DNA of 64,000 nt, taken from Eledone cirrhosa. Its lineage: Eukaryota. The notes under the pieces are model-generated. The model was not told where the DNA came from, did no database searches, and was given only the letters and a program-made list of their open reading frames with translations. A program made the translations under genes and the position numbers. The stretch spans positions 121,148,001 to 121,212,000 of the forward strand of contig OZ024742.1 in the NCBI GenBank assembly GCA_964016885.1. Reading direction: 5' to 3'. The stretch's first letter is position 1; every line of letters begins with the position of its first letter. Shown in pieces: positions 1 to 12,715 of the stretch.

Positions 1-678
1 CTCATGGTTGATTATGCAACACGATAATGTTAAATTTCTGTTTCAGCCCTTGATATTTATCATGATTTTTTTTTTTTTTTTAAAGATCTTGAATTTGGTA
101 ATAATAAAGGTAGCTTAAGTGTAAGATTATTTTGCACTTTATGTACTTGTAATTTTACAATAATTCTCAGAATTTTTACTGTACTTTTAACATGGGTACA
201 ATATTTACTTCGAATTGAATGAATATTTAATTTCTATTGTTTTAAATGGTCTGTCAAGCAATTTTAACGTCTGAATTTCTTTGTATACAATTTGTTTTTG
301 ATTTGGTAATTTTTTTTCCATCATGAAAGGGTATTCGTGTAGAATAAAGTCTGATATGTACCTGATTTTTCGCCAAATTCTTAATGATTTATTTGTGTAT
401 TTTTTTAGCCTTTTCTTTGCTCGTTGCGATGTATATTCCATATTCTGTCTAGGTATATTGGGGTGGCTGAGCTCTACAAACAACGGTGTTATGATTTCTC
501 GGATTTTTCTTCCAGTTTAATATTATTGTCAGCTATATCCGACTTTATTGTACACATAAAACTATACTGTTGGATTTGAAATTATAATTTTAACAGCTGT
601 AATTTATAGAATAAGTTTTAACTAAGTCCTATTTTTGTATCCCTAAAGTGAAAGTAAAACTTATTGGAAAATTAAAAA

Positions 679-719
<41 letters not shown>

Positions 720-1149
720 TATATTGTTGTGAAGATTTATTTACCAAATATCTACAAATTCATTAATGCAAGAAGCTGTTTGTTGCTAAATTGAGCTCTC
801 TTCATGTGTGCACACGGGTAGGAAAAAATATCACTTGTCCTGCACCGTCTTGGAGTTTTTTTTTTTTTTTTTTTTTTTGTTTTTTTCTCAACACCTCAAT
901 TGTCTATATATAAATACTCAGATCGATTGGATCAACGAAGTTAAATAAATGGTTCAAAATTTCGTATATTTAGAAACTTAGTACCTATCATTCTTACAGA
1001 AACAGAAAGTAGATTTTTTTTAGTTTTACTTTCTTCAAATTTTACGTTCATCTTATAGGTAAAGAAAAATAGGACTTTAACCAAGATTATGAATTATTTC
1101 TATAAAATGTATATGAATGTATACATGTAAGATTATTTATATATATATT

Positions 1150-1167
1150 TTTAATTTTATTTTGCAG
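1150..1167 (+). promoter_or_regulatory. Probable 3' splice acceptor of a 5'-UTR intron, 2 nt upstream of the HSP110 ATG
   Basis: Polypyrimidine tract plus CAG: tttaattttattttgcag|ttATG. A candidate donor AG|GTAAAG lies at 1059. Confidence 0.6.
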
Positions 1168-1169
1168 TT

Positions 1170-3680
1170 ATGTCTGTCGTGGGAATTGATTTTGGAACCC
1201 AATCCTGCTACATTGCTGTAGCTAGGACTGGGGGCATCGAGACTATAGACAATGAATATAGCGACCGGTGTACACCAAATTATGTGTCCTTTGGAGAAAA
1301 TGTTCGAGCTATTGGTAATTCTGCTAAGAATCAATGTATCACAAATTTTAGGAATACAGTTTATTCTTATAAAGAATTGCTTGGAAGACCTTATTCTGAT
1401 GAACAAGTGAAACTACTGCAGGAGAAAGTTCCTTTTAAGATTGTTGAAGATAAGGGCCAGGCAATTGTAGAAGTTCAGTACAGAAATGAAATTAATCAAT
1501 ATAATCCTTTGCAAATAACTGCAATGATGTTAATGAAACTAAAAGAAACTGCAGAAGTAGCCCTGAAAGCTAAAGTTGTTGATTGTGTTGTATCTGTGCC
1601 ATCAACATACACTGATATACAGAGAAGAGCCATGTTAGATGCCTGCCAAATGGTTAGCTTGAATTGTCTGCGTATTATGAATGATACAACAGCTACAGCT
1701 TTAGCATATGGAATTTATAAGCAAGATCTTCCTGAAGAAACTGAGAGTAGGCGTGTTATAGTTTTTGTAGATATGGGCTATGCACATTTACAAGTTTCAG
1801 CTTGTGCTTTTAATAAGGGAAAACTAAAATTGTTAGGCATTTCCAAAGGAAATGTTGGAGGCCGTGATTTTGATGGTGTAATTGTGGATCATTTTGTTAA
1901 AGAATTTAAAAAACAATACAAAATTGATGCCAGTACAAACAAAAAAGCTATGATTCGTCTAACACATGAGTGTGAAAAATTGAAAAAGCAATTGAGTGTA
2001 AATCTGAAACCATCACCATTTAATTTAGAATGCTTTATGGATGATAAAGATGTTTCTGGTAGACTCGATCGCCCAACTTTTGAAGAAATGTGTGCTCCCC
2101 TCTTAAATGAGGTTGAAAACACATTCAAGGCAGTGTTAAATAATTGTGATCTCAAGCCATCAGACTTGCATTCAGTTGAAATAGTTGGTGGTGCATCACG
2201 TATTCATTCCGTCAAAAAATTGGTGAAAACAGTATTTGGCCTAGAACCAAGCACCACTATGAATGCTGATGAAGTTGTAGCAAGAGGATGTGCATTACAA
2301 TGTGCCATTTTATCACCAACATTCCTTGTTAGAGATTTTGCTATTTTAGATTGCCAACCATATGGCATCACAGTATCATGTGATACTAAAGATGATGAAT
2401 CAAAACATGAAATCTTTCCAAAGTTTCATCCCATACCTTTTTCAAAGATGCTGAGTTTTTACCGCAAGGAGCCATTCCAAATAAATAGCTATTATTCACC
2501 AACAGACCAAGTCTCTAATGCTCACAAATTCATTGGCTCATTTAAAATTAAAGATGTTGTTCCACAGTCTAATGGTGAGAAATCTAAGTTAAAAATCAAA
2601 TTAAGAGTCAACATCCATGGTATATTCACTGTTGCTTCAGCTTCTCTAGTCGAGAAAATTGCTGCTGATGAGACTATAGAGATGGAAGTTGATAAGAAAG
2701 TAAAGAACAATGAAGAAACAAATGACGAAATGGCCAACTCTGATAACAAGAATGAAGTAGAAACAGAGCAGTCATCAAAAACAGAGCAAGAAGAAGAAAT
2801 GAATACTGATAATAATAATAAAGATGTACCAATTGAAAATGGTAATATAAAATCTGATCCAGCTAATGAAGAAATTAAGGAACAAGCAAATAAAAAGACC
2901 AAAAAGGTGAAGCTGATAGAGTTGCCCATAGAAGCAAATGTACCTCAATTAACAAAAGAGGAATTAAATCATTATATTGAGAAAGAAAATCAAATGAAAG
3001 CACAAGATAAGCTAGAGAATGATCGAGCAGATGCCAAAAATGATGTGGAAGAGTATGTGTATGAAATCAGAGATAAAATCTTTGGCCCCTTAGAGAAGTT
3101 TATCAAAGAAGATCAACGTACTCGTTTTAGTGAATTGCTAGATGCAACTGAGAATTGGCTTTATGAAGAGGGAGAAGATCAGAAAAAGCAAGTATATATT
3201 GATAAATTGGCTAAATTGAAAGAATTTGGGCAGCCTATTCTTAATCGTTATAATGAAAGCGAAGAACGACCACTAGCATTTAATGAGTTAGGAGGCTTAC
3301 TGCAGAGCTTGGATAAAGCTGTAGATTTATATCAACAAAAGGATGAAAAATATAATCATCTAGAGCAGTCAGATATAGATATTATTGTGAAGGAAGTTAA
3401 AGAAAAACGTAATTGGTTTGATCATCACCAAAATTTGCAAAACCAACTTCAACTTGATGAAGATCCTATTGTTACTGTTTCCCAGATTGTAACCCAGAAG
3501 CGATCATTAGAATCTGTATGTTATCCTATTCTGAATAAACCAAAGCCTAAAGTAGAAGAAATTCCACCTAAAGATCAAACTGGTACTTCACCTGAAGAGC
3601 CAGTTACCGAAGATATGGAAACAAAACCAGGAAAGACAGAGCCGAACCAGAAAACAGATGAGAAAATGGAAGTAGATTAA
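1170..3680 (+). CDS. HSPA4: HSP110-family chaperone (heat shock 70 kDa protein 4-like), 836 aa, single coding exon
   Basis: Uninterrupted ORF. The N-terminus MSVVGIDFGTQSCYIAVARTGGIETIDNEYSDRCTP matches the HSPA4/HSPH1 signature. Also TALAYGIYKQDLP, VEIVGGASRI, an acidic loop, DAKNDVEEYVY and a C-terminal MEVD. The exact vertebrate paralog cannot be assigned. Confidence 0.95.
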   Translation: MSVVGIDFGTQSCYIAVARTGGIETIDNEYSDRCTPNYVSFGENVRAIGNSAKNQCITNFRNTVYSYKELLGRPYSDEQVKLLQEKVPFKIVEDKGQAIVEVQYRNEINQYNPLQITAMMLMKLKETAEVALKAKVVDCVVSVPSTYTDIQRRAMLDACQMVSLNCLRIMNDTTATALAYGIYKQDLPEETESRRVIVFVDMGYAHLQVSACAFNKGKLKLLGISKGNVGGRDFDGVIVDHFVKEFKKQYKIDASTNKKAMIRLTHECEKLKKQLSVNLKPSPFNLECFMDDKDVSGRLDRPTFEEMCAPLLNEVENTFKAVLNNCDLKPSDLHSVEIVGGASRIHSVKKLVKTVFGLEPSTTMNADEVVARGCALQCAILSPTFLVRDFAILDCQPYGITVSCDTKDDESKHEIFPKFHPIPFSKMLSFYRKEPFQINSYYSPTDQVSNAHKFIGSFKIKDVVPQSNGEKSKLKIKLRVNIHGIFTVASASLVEKIAADETIEMEVDKKVKNNEETNDEMANSDNKNEVETEQSSKTEQEEEMNTDNNNKDVPIENGNIKSDPANEEIKEQANKKTKKVKLIELPIEANVPQLTKEELNHYIEKENQMKAQDKLENDRADAKNDVEEYVYEIRDKIFGPLEKFIKEDQRTRFSELLDATENWLYEEGEDQKKQVYIDKLAKLKEFGQPILNRYNESEERPLAFNELGGLLQSLDKAVDLYQQKDEKYNHLEQSDIDIIVKEVKEKRNWFDHHQNLQNQLQLDEDPIVTVSQIVTQKRSLESVCYPILNKPKPKVEEIPPKDQTGTSPEEPVTEDMETKPGKTEPNQKTDEKMEVD

Positions 3681-6600
3681 AAAGCAGGTCTTAATGAAAA
3701 AAATTTAAAATTATAAAAAAAAAGAATAACCAAAGTAAAAGAAATAGAACATTTCTATAAAGAATATCCATTAAAGATATTTGCCAAATATTTACTGCTT
3801 TGAAACCTTTTTTTTTTTTTTTTAAATCTTTTTTTTTTGCGGGGGGGGGCGGTCAAATCTGATAAACCTGAAGACAACTGAACAATTTTCTATGTGCAAA
3901 CTGAGTGTGATGTTAGCTACAGCATCACTAACTTTTAGTTTGCAGATTTTCATGTAAATCTGTGAATGAAAGTATTTGTATGAAGTTTCTAATGTTTGTT
4001 TTCCTATTTCTTCACTGTATGCAGTTAACGAAATTTTGAATTTTGAGTCAAAAATAGATTAAAAAAAATTAAAATCCTTGTAGATTTTCATGTTCATTAA
4101 TACAGAAACTCACTAGTAGATGGCTTTCTATTTTAAAATCTAAATGATTTGTTGTATTTGAGTTTTTTTGGCTATCTTTTGAAAATGTTAGCAAGTGTTT
4201 AGAATTTGCTTAACTTGCTAATCTACTGTTATATAACATTTTCCATGTAAAAATGTATCCTTTTCATTTTCATTAACTGTTCATGTCATGAAGAATTCAT
4301 GATTGAACTTGGATTTTTTTCATATATTACTACTACACTTTCTACTCGTGTTATTTTCAGATTTTCTCATTTAAACAAACAATGCACACACGCAATCTTC
4401 TATCTGTTCAACTATCAGCCACCATCTTTCCTGCACTGTATATTAATTCTTGCATTATATTAAACCCTATCAAAAGGTTTCTCAGAAAATAGCCAATAAC
4501 TTTACATAATAGATTCTTCAAGTCTTTATAAGTAATTTTAAGTTCCACTCGCTCAAAAAACTACAGAATCTATGATTTGTTTCTTGATTTCAATGTTGAA
4601 GATAGGAATAAGTTGGCAGCAAATTCTGCATGTTTATTTTGTTGAAATCAAACAGGATGCATTGTCAAAATAGTTTGGATTATTAATTGAGCTAATAATT
4701 TAGAATCTTCCTAATTTACTATGTAATCAAGATAAACAGAATGGTGTAGTCGAAATTAAATCCACTTGATTTGTCATTTAGTTAAGATAATTTTTTTTTC
4801 AGTTTAAAGAAAAATAAATCAACTATATTTATATTTTTAGTTTAAAATATTTAGTTTTTAATTATCATTTTAAAAACACCTGTTTCTTAACCCACAATTT
4901 GCTATTGCTATTTCTTGTTTACATTTTGAAATGAATTTTGTAGAATCAAGATGGTTAAGTCATTGAACAACCTTTTCATGGATCAAAAAATTAAACTCAC
5001 TGTAGACATATTTCTTTAGTTTATTTAGCTGGTTGGAAGAGATATATCCTCTGAGGATGTTATTTGTAATAGGTTGGCATCTTCAAAAGCCATTTTGACT
5101 GGAATTATAGCAGATGACTTAAAGTATGTTTTACTATGCTATTTATTATATATAAGAAATATTTTGTTATAAAAAATATTTATATAGTACAATTGTGCAT
5201 AGCTATATAATTATTTAAGTAAATATAATCTACTAAGGCAGATTGTTTTAATTTATTATACAAAAATTTGAATATGTTTTAATACTTTTGGTACTGATCT
5301 TGATTTCAAATTGTCTTATATCTCTTGCTTTAATATTTGCTTACACATACTCTACTAGTTTCTCAGGTCATAAATTGTTTTTTAAAAGCAAAATATAATT
5401 ATGTTATGAGCTGTAAAATTATGAAATAAGTGCCATACATTTTCTTTTATGTGGGAGAAATTTATTTCTTTTGTTTTATTATAAGTTCATAAAAGTAGAT
5501 TATGCTCATAGCTAAAAGTTAATGGAAATTTTATTTGAAGAATTTACTAGCACTTCTCATAAGCTGGCTGTTGAGTAAGGTGGAATTGAATGACTTGATG
5601 AAAATACTATGAAGGGAATGTTTGATATGCTGTATATTCAATGGTATTTTTATGCCAAAATGCAGATATGTTTTACAAATGAAACTTATTTATTGACTAT
5701 AGCTAGAAAAGTAATTATACGAGTAAGATTAACTGTAAGTAATTTCTTTTTGTACTTGTATATTTGTTAGTTTAATTTGTATTGAATTTTCTTCTCTCTT
5801 TTTTTCTCTTTAAATTAACATTAATTTTGTTCTTTTAAACCAGATACATTGTTGCTTTCTGACATTTATTCTGTGCATCAAAAAAAAAAGATATTTCTTT
5901 TCCTGAGCTTTTCATCAAAGGCACAATTCATTTTCTGTTTGATAAGATGATGTTTGCGTGTGAAGATAGACTTATCAATAAACAGCATATATATCTTCCT
6001 TTAAATAATTTCTATATATTTAGTTGATGCAATCCCTTGTCGATCTTTTATATCAATTTGTTTAATGCAAGGTAATACTGTTTATAACTGAGGTGATATC
6101 TATTTTTCGATATCTTACTTTGAAGTTATTCTTTAAAATGTAATGTATTATGTATTATAATTAAAATTTGAAGTTGTAAGTAATGTTCAGGTTTAAATTG
6201 TTCAGTTTGTAGTTTTCTATATCTAATTTGGATATCTGACTAAAATATGTTATACTTTGGTTGATATATATTAACTCTATGAGTCTGAAATAAAACTATA
6301 CTTGAAAAGTAAAGTTTTGAGTTCTGTTCATAGTGCATCTTATGAGATTTTTAGGCTTATTTATTAGTCAGGCTTGAATTTTATGTAGAATATCTAGATA
6401 TATGTACAAGCTATAGAAAGAATATGCAATTGTAGATTATTGCATTTAAAACTCTTAGTGTTCTGTAACCTTTGTTTATCTCAAATACGATGTGGAATTG
6501 TGTGGTTTAAGAAAATGTCTTGTATTGGAAACTTGATGTTTTTAGTAGGAACAGCAGAGAGAGACAAATTATAAAACAGCCACATTTATGTGAATTACAT

Positions 6601-6959
6601 AGAATAACCACCTCAATATTCTAAATCTTTTATTCATATACACATTTTGAGTAATTAAATACAAGAGCTACGTGTGGTTAAACATAACAGTTGATCTAAT
6701 TTATATGTTGAACCTTTGCTGAAATATTGAATCTAATGGCAGGATAGTGTCTCAACTAATTTTCATATCTAGGAAGGTTTACTTAACCTTTTTATCCTTA
6801 TAGCCAGTAACATGCACCTGCATGCAACATATAAGTTTTTGTTTTGTGTTTGTATTTCACTAAACTATTTGACTGCTCCATTTAATATGTTTTGATCAAA
6901 ACTAGCAGCCTCCAAATATACACCCATAAATCAAGTTTTGATTGATTATTTTTGTAAAT

Positions 6960-8040
6960 GAGGAGAGAAAGATAATTGACCATTGGAATGTGGTAACAGC
7001 GAGCAATACCAAATAGCTCGAAGAGAGGCTAGAAGTAGAAAAGTAGTTTGCACATATTTTACCTCATGATCAGAGGTGTGAAATTTTCTGGATTGCAAGA
7101 TTGTTGGAGAACATCAGGACGTGGTTGGAAAATTGGGTCTGAAATATTTGTGGGACACTTCTTTTGATTAATGCCGAAAAGAAAGAGGCATGGAATTATG
7201 AAAGGCTGTTGAACAAAAAGAATAGTGAGCACTTACCCCATGTATACCCAATTGAGGGACCAGCCATAACAGTTTAGATCAACGTAGTCAAGTTGTTAAG
7301 GATATGAAGGTAGTTGGTCCATCTAGTATAGCTGCTAAGATGCTAAAAAAACATCTTGCATGGAAGATTATGAACTAGTCAGATGCATAATTAGTCATTA
7401 GTATAGGATTGGATTATACCCAATGACTGGTGCAGTATCATCATTGTAAATTGCTATGAAGGCAAAGGAGATGCTCTAGAAAGATATAACTATAGTCAAG
7501 TTCATGGACCAGGCTATGAAAGGATTAAAACAACTAATTCAGCTGACTCAAGCTAGATAAGATGCAGTTTGGATTTATGCCAGGCAAGGAAACTACATAT
7601 GCCCTTTTCCTTGTTGGACAATTGCAAAAGTACTTGGTTAAGAGTAAGCCATTGTATGAAGCATTTGTGTGTCTGGAGAAGGCCTTTGATAGTCTCCTGC
7701 TCTAATCTGGTAGGCGATAAGGAAGCTAGACATGGATGACTGGCTAGTGCAGGCCATGCAACCAGCAAGGTGAGAGGAGGTATGAATTTGAAGTGTAGGT
7801 GAGAGTCCACCAGGGCTCAGTCTACTTTTGATTATCATTGTTCTTCAGGCCGTAACTAAAGAATTTAAGACTGGCCCTCTATGGAAATTCCTGTATGTTG
7901 ATGATTTAGTCATAGCAGAATCTGTGATAGTGAAAGGCAACATGGAAGAAAAAATCTAGAATCGAAAATCTTAACAGTAGACCAAAGAAGACGGTGAAGT
8001 ATTGAAGACTAACCTTGGGAAGCTGAATCTCATGTCAAAG
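6960..8040 (+). mobile_element. Degenerate RTE-clade LINE fragment (RT region), same family as 8612-11085
   Basis: Broken-frame translation follows the 9042-10094 ORF (ARREAR, GKGDALE, LDKMQFGFMP, LEKAFD, LYVDD). Confidence 0.8.
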
Positions 8041-8149
8041 ATAAAGAATTGCAAGGACTGGTGATATTTGGTACTGGCAAAGACTTGTCTTCTGGTATTA
8101 AAAATGTGACCTGGCCCACTATCACTTCTTAGTAGCTATTCTCAGCAGT

Positions 8150-8350
8150 AGTGTAGGATGGTGGATTGGCAGTATCGGTAGAAGGTCAGACGCCATGCTT
8201 TGCAGCAAAGAGTTACGGCCCTTTATGGTCTTGGTTCAAATCCTGTTGAAGTTAACTTTGCCTTTCATCCTTACGGGGTCAATAAAATAAAGTACTAGTA
8301 ATGCACTGGAATAATTGCTGGCCTTGTGCCAAAAGTAGAAATAATTATTG
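8150..8350 (+). mobile_element. tRNA-derived SINE
   Basis: A-box-like tggcagtatcgg, B-box ggttcaaatcc, central gcctttcatccttacggggtcaataaa and tail ggccttgtgccaaaagtagaaataattatt. Several more copies occur in the window. Confidence 0.8.
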
Positions 8351-8611
8351 TATGCCCTAAGATCACCTACACCTGAATAGTCATTATAATGACTATTTCC
8401 CATGCTATCACCACACTTGTCAGATGCCAATGACTTCATACTTATCCATCTTACTCCACCTGTTGAGTACAGAGGGCTCATCTGTTGAGTTAATGACTGA
8501 CAACTTCTCTAGTGCTGATGCCAATCAAAAATGTACCCAATATACCCTGTTCAAAAAGGGCTGAGTGGACTCAAATTGTGTCAAGAGAACAACAACCTCT
8601 CTGGTATTGGT

Positions 8612-11085
8612 CGTCATCATCATCATCATCCACGTTTAACGTCCATCTTCCACGCTTGCACCCTCCACCACTGCTGATTTTGTCACCCAGGTAACGGAAG
8701 GTGTCCACTATTTCTATAGAACCATCTGTGCAATGGAATGAGCTAGTATTCTGTGGGCACTTGCTGCTACTTATTGCACCTGAGCACCGGCCACATATAA
8801 AATCTACATTCTTAGTTAGCTTACCTGTGATGCCACTACATCATTTATGCACCCATACTTTGCATTTGGGACATAAAATGGAGTTTCTGCCTACTCCTTT
8901 CCTACACACTGAGCATGGCCATTTCCCAGATGGGACCAGTGCCCTATTTTCCTTCCTACAAACTAGAACTTTAGTCTTAGACAGGTTAATTTTAAGGCCT
9001 TTTGATTCTAGGCCATGCTTCCATGTTTGGAATTTCTTCTCTCATTCAGCCATTGATTCAGCTATGAGCGTTAGATCATCTGTGTATAGGAGTTCCCATG
9101 GGCAGCTGGTCTTGAACTCCTCTGTTATAGCCTGAAGGGCAATAATAAATAGTAGGGGGCTAAGGACGGAGCCCTGATGAACACCAACTTTTACGCTAAA
9201 CTCTTCACTATATTCGTTGTTAATTCTAACCTTGCTGACTGTTTCTTTATACATGGCTTGTATAGCTCTCACAAGCCATTCATCAACACCTAGTTTTCTA
9301 AGAGCCCACCAGATAATGGAGCGGGGGACTCTGTCAAAGGCTTTCTCCAAGTCAACAAAAGCTAAGTATAGGGGTTTACTTTTAGCTAGGTACTTCTCCT
9401 GTAGTTGTCGTTCAATGAAAAGAGCGTCTGTGGTACTTTTACCTGACACAAACCCGAACTGCATTTCATCTAGATCAATTCGCTCTCTGATTAGTTGGGC
9501 TATTACTTTTTCTGTGACCTTCATGACCTGGTCAATTAATTTAATGCCTCTATAGTTTCCCCTATCTAGGGCATCTCCTTTACCCTTGTAGCAGTTAATG
9601 ATGATGCTGCTACGCCAGTCCTTCGGAACGACCCCATTCTGTATGACTTGGTTTACTATCCGGGTGACCATAGTGTGTCCCACCGTTCCAGATGCTTTCA
9701 GCATTTCAGCAACTATTTCCAAAGGCCCAGCCGCTTTGCCTGTCTTCAAATCTTTGATCGCCTTACTTATTATACTACCTTCAACTTGCACTGCTGGTCC
9801 CTCTATTGGTTTGATGTGGGGGAGACTGTCTTTCTCCCATTTATTCTCATTTAGTAGCCTTTCGTAGTGACACTTCCAAACTACCTTCTTATCAGCGTCA
9901 GTGATGGCAAGTACACCATCATCATTAAGGACACGCTTCTCCCCGACAATATCATGGTTTTCCTTGACACATTGCCTAGCAATCCTGAACGCCTGACGTT
10001 TTTGGTCCTCGCGTTGTAGAACATGTTTGAACTTTCTTTCCTCTGCTGCCCTTCTTGCGAAGTACACTTGTCTCCTAGCTTCCCTCCTGGCCACTTGATA
10101 GTCTTCTCTACTTCCCCCATCCTGCCATGCTTTTTGGCGTTGATTGACTCCTCCACCTTACTGTTCCACCACCAAGTTACTCTCCTCCTGCCTATAGGTC
10201 TGCTCCAGCCACAGATTTCATCTGTCGCCTTCAGCAGGTTAGCTTTCAGGAATTCCCACTGTTCCTCTATATTGTACAACTCTAATTGCTCTTCCTTACT
10301 ATCAAAAGCATCAAGTAATATGCTTTTAAAATTATTAATGGCTGTGGGGTCCTTTAGCTTCCATATTTTTCTCCTGAGGATAGTCCTCTGTTGTTGAGTA
10401 TGTCTTGTCCTGACTATGAGGTCGCTAATTATGAGTCTATGTTGAGAGGTGCATTCTTCATGGGGGAGGGATTTAGTGTTTAAAACAGACACTCTGTCAC
10501 GTCTTCTGGTAAGGATATAATCTATCTGGCTGGTATGTTCCCGTGATCTATAGGTGATCAAGTGATTGTCTTGTTTTTTGAAGTTAGTGTTACAGATAGT
10601 TCGGTTATTTGCGTCACAGAATTCCAGGATTCTGGAGCCTTCCTCATTTCTAGTACCAAACCCATAGCCTCCATGGATTCCGCCATAGCCATCACAATGT
10701 TGTCCAATGTGACCATTTAGGTCGCCAGCGATAATTATGTAGTCACTGTTGGTTATTTGGGAGGTAGTGAGCATTAACGACTCATAGAATCTGTCTTTTA
10801 TAACGCCAGGCAGTCCGGATTGGGGTGCATATGCAGATATTATTGTCACAATAGTTCTATTGAGGACCAGTCTTATTTTAATTATTCTGTCGTTCACTCT
10901 ATTTACGTCTATTATCTTATCTGCCCACTTTTCTGCTACCATGATTCCTACCCCACCCAGCCCATTGTCATTTCCCACCCAGAAAAGCTTATAGCATCTT
11001 TTTTTTACCCACAATGAATCTAGCAGACCCACCCCTCCACCTGGTCTCTTGAATACAGCAAACATCGACCTCCTTACGTTCATGT
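8612..11085 (-). mobile_element. RTE-clade LINE (APE endonuclease + RT + PHD finger), frameshifted and internally deleted near the 3' end
   Basis: Endonuclease motifs CCIQETRW, SAYAPQ, GDLNGH, SQIDYIL, QHRL. RT motifs QFGF, DLEKAFD, GVHQGSVLSPLLF, LYTDD. (GAT)n tail at 8612-8630 on the minus strand. Confidence 0.92.
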
Positions 11086-11724
11086 GAAGGGCATCTAGCC
11101 ATAGAAAACCTGCCAAAAAAATGGTTGGGAGGACTCTTCAACTGTGTCAAATACAAGACAACCTTCCTACTGCTGATGCCATGTGACATTGGTTGGACAG
11201 GTTGTCACCTTTGAAGCTGGTCCTTATTCAGCTATTACCCTCTCAAACTGGTCAGGAGTCATGTCTTATGCATTACAAATTTGACATGGTGAGATGCTCA
11301 TACTAACACCAACTAAACTGTACTAGGTGCATTTTATTGTGCCACCAGCATTAGAGAACTTACTTCAGTAAGCTTAAATGGTTCTCATGACTTTAATTCA
11401 TTCATCAACTACTTTTACAGGCTATACTGGGTGAATGAATATCTTTGTTGAAAATTGGAGATATGACCTGCCTTATTCAAAAGACCTTGAGACAAAACAA
11501 ATAGTAATAAGTTGGTAGAAACTTAGTTGTGGTCTTCCTGCTCTACACATTTAATTACCAGTATATTTTGAGACTGAGGAGTGACTAGTTATTTGACCTG
11601 CCAGAATGATAACCACAGCTTGAATGCTTTTGCTCATGGGTCTACTCAACCTTGGCTAAAGGATTAAAAAATATATCTCCTGTCTGATTTCATTTTTAGC
11701 TTAATGACTAAATTTACATACCTA

Positions 11725-12715
11725 TTCTAATCCTGGCTAAAACGTTCATAGGCCAACCAAGTCTTCAACAGCAGATATGAACATCATCTCATGGAATGTG
11801 ACCAAATAAGGTTTATTTTTCAACATAGTCCCCCTTGCAGTCCACACACTTCTTCCATCTGTGTTCCAGTGCTTGGATCCCATTGGTGAAGAAGCTTTCA
11901 TCCTGTTAGTCAAAAACGTCATCAATAGCAGATATGGCGGCGTCGTCATCATCACTGATACTGATTCCCAGCAACGTGTTTTTCATGTTTTGGAACAGAT
12001 GATAGTCAGATGGGGGCCAAATCAGGAGAATAGGGAGGTGATCAACCAGTTCAAATCCAAAGTCATGCACAGCAGCCATTGAAACCAAGGACTTGTATGC
12101 TGGAGAATTGTCCCGATGAAACAAATCCCCCTTTTTCAGTTTTCCTGGACTTGATAACCTTTCATAACTTCCTCTGCAAGTTGGCATAGTACTCTCCATT
12201 GAATATGTGGCCCTTTTGAAGATAATCAATAAACACAATGCCTTCTGCATCCCCAAAAAACTGAGGTCATCACCTTCCTTGCAGATCGAATGACCTTGAC
12301 CTTCCTTGGAGCAGGCAAGGAGGGGTGTTTCCACTGCATGGGCTGTCTCTAGCTGAAAGTGATGAACCCAACACTTGTCCTGGGTTAGGAAACGTTCAAG
12401 AAAGCAGCTGGATCTGCCTCAAACAATGTCAGGTTTTCCCATGATGTGATCATCCTGGTGTACTTTTGATCAGGTGTCAGAAGATGTGGCATTCACTGAG
12501 CAGAAACCTTTGTCATGCCAAATTCATTGTGCAGAATATTCTCCTCTCTCATGGGATATGCTTATAGCATTGGCTATTTGATTTATAGTCAGTTGTCTAT
12601 CAAAGAAACAATACAATTATTAATGAGAAAAGTTGATATTAATGCATGCACGATTTCACAGCTCTAGCATCACTCCTTCATAGTCAGCCTATAAATGTTT
12701 CAGCCCACTCTCGTA
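11725..12715 (-). mobile_element. Degenerate mariner (Tc1/mariner) element
   Basis: Translation LFHRDNSPAY...PSDYHLF matches the mariner HDNA..H and YSPDLAPSDYHLF motifs. The right end reads tacgagagtgggctgaaacatttataggctga on the minus strand and is partly mirrored by gctaaaacgttcataggcc at about 11736. Confidence 0.8.

Noticed and set aside
205-520. Short ORFs 205-483 (-) and 323-520 (+)
   Set aside because: No recognisable host domain. The minus frame faintly resembles a decayed LINE C-terminus, too weakly to call.
4300-6100. Splice-like signals downstream of HSP110 (e.g. GTAAGT near 5735, polypyrimidine-CAG near 5843)
   Set aside because: No coding frame links them, and such motifs are frequent in AT-rich DNA.
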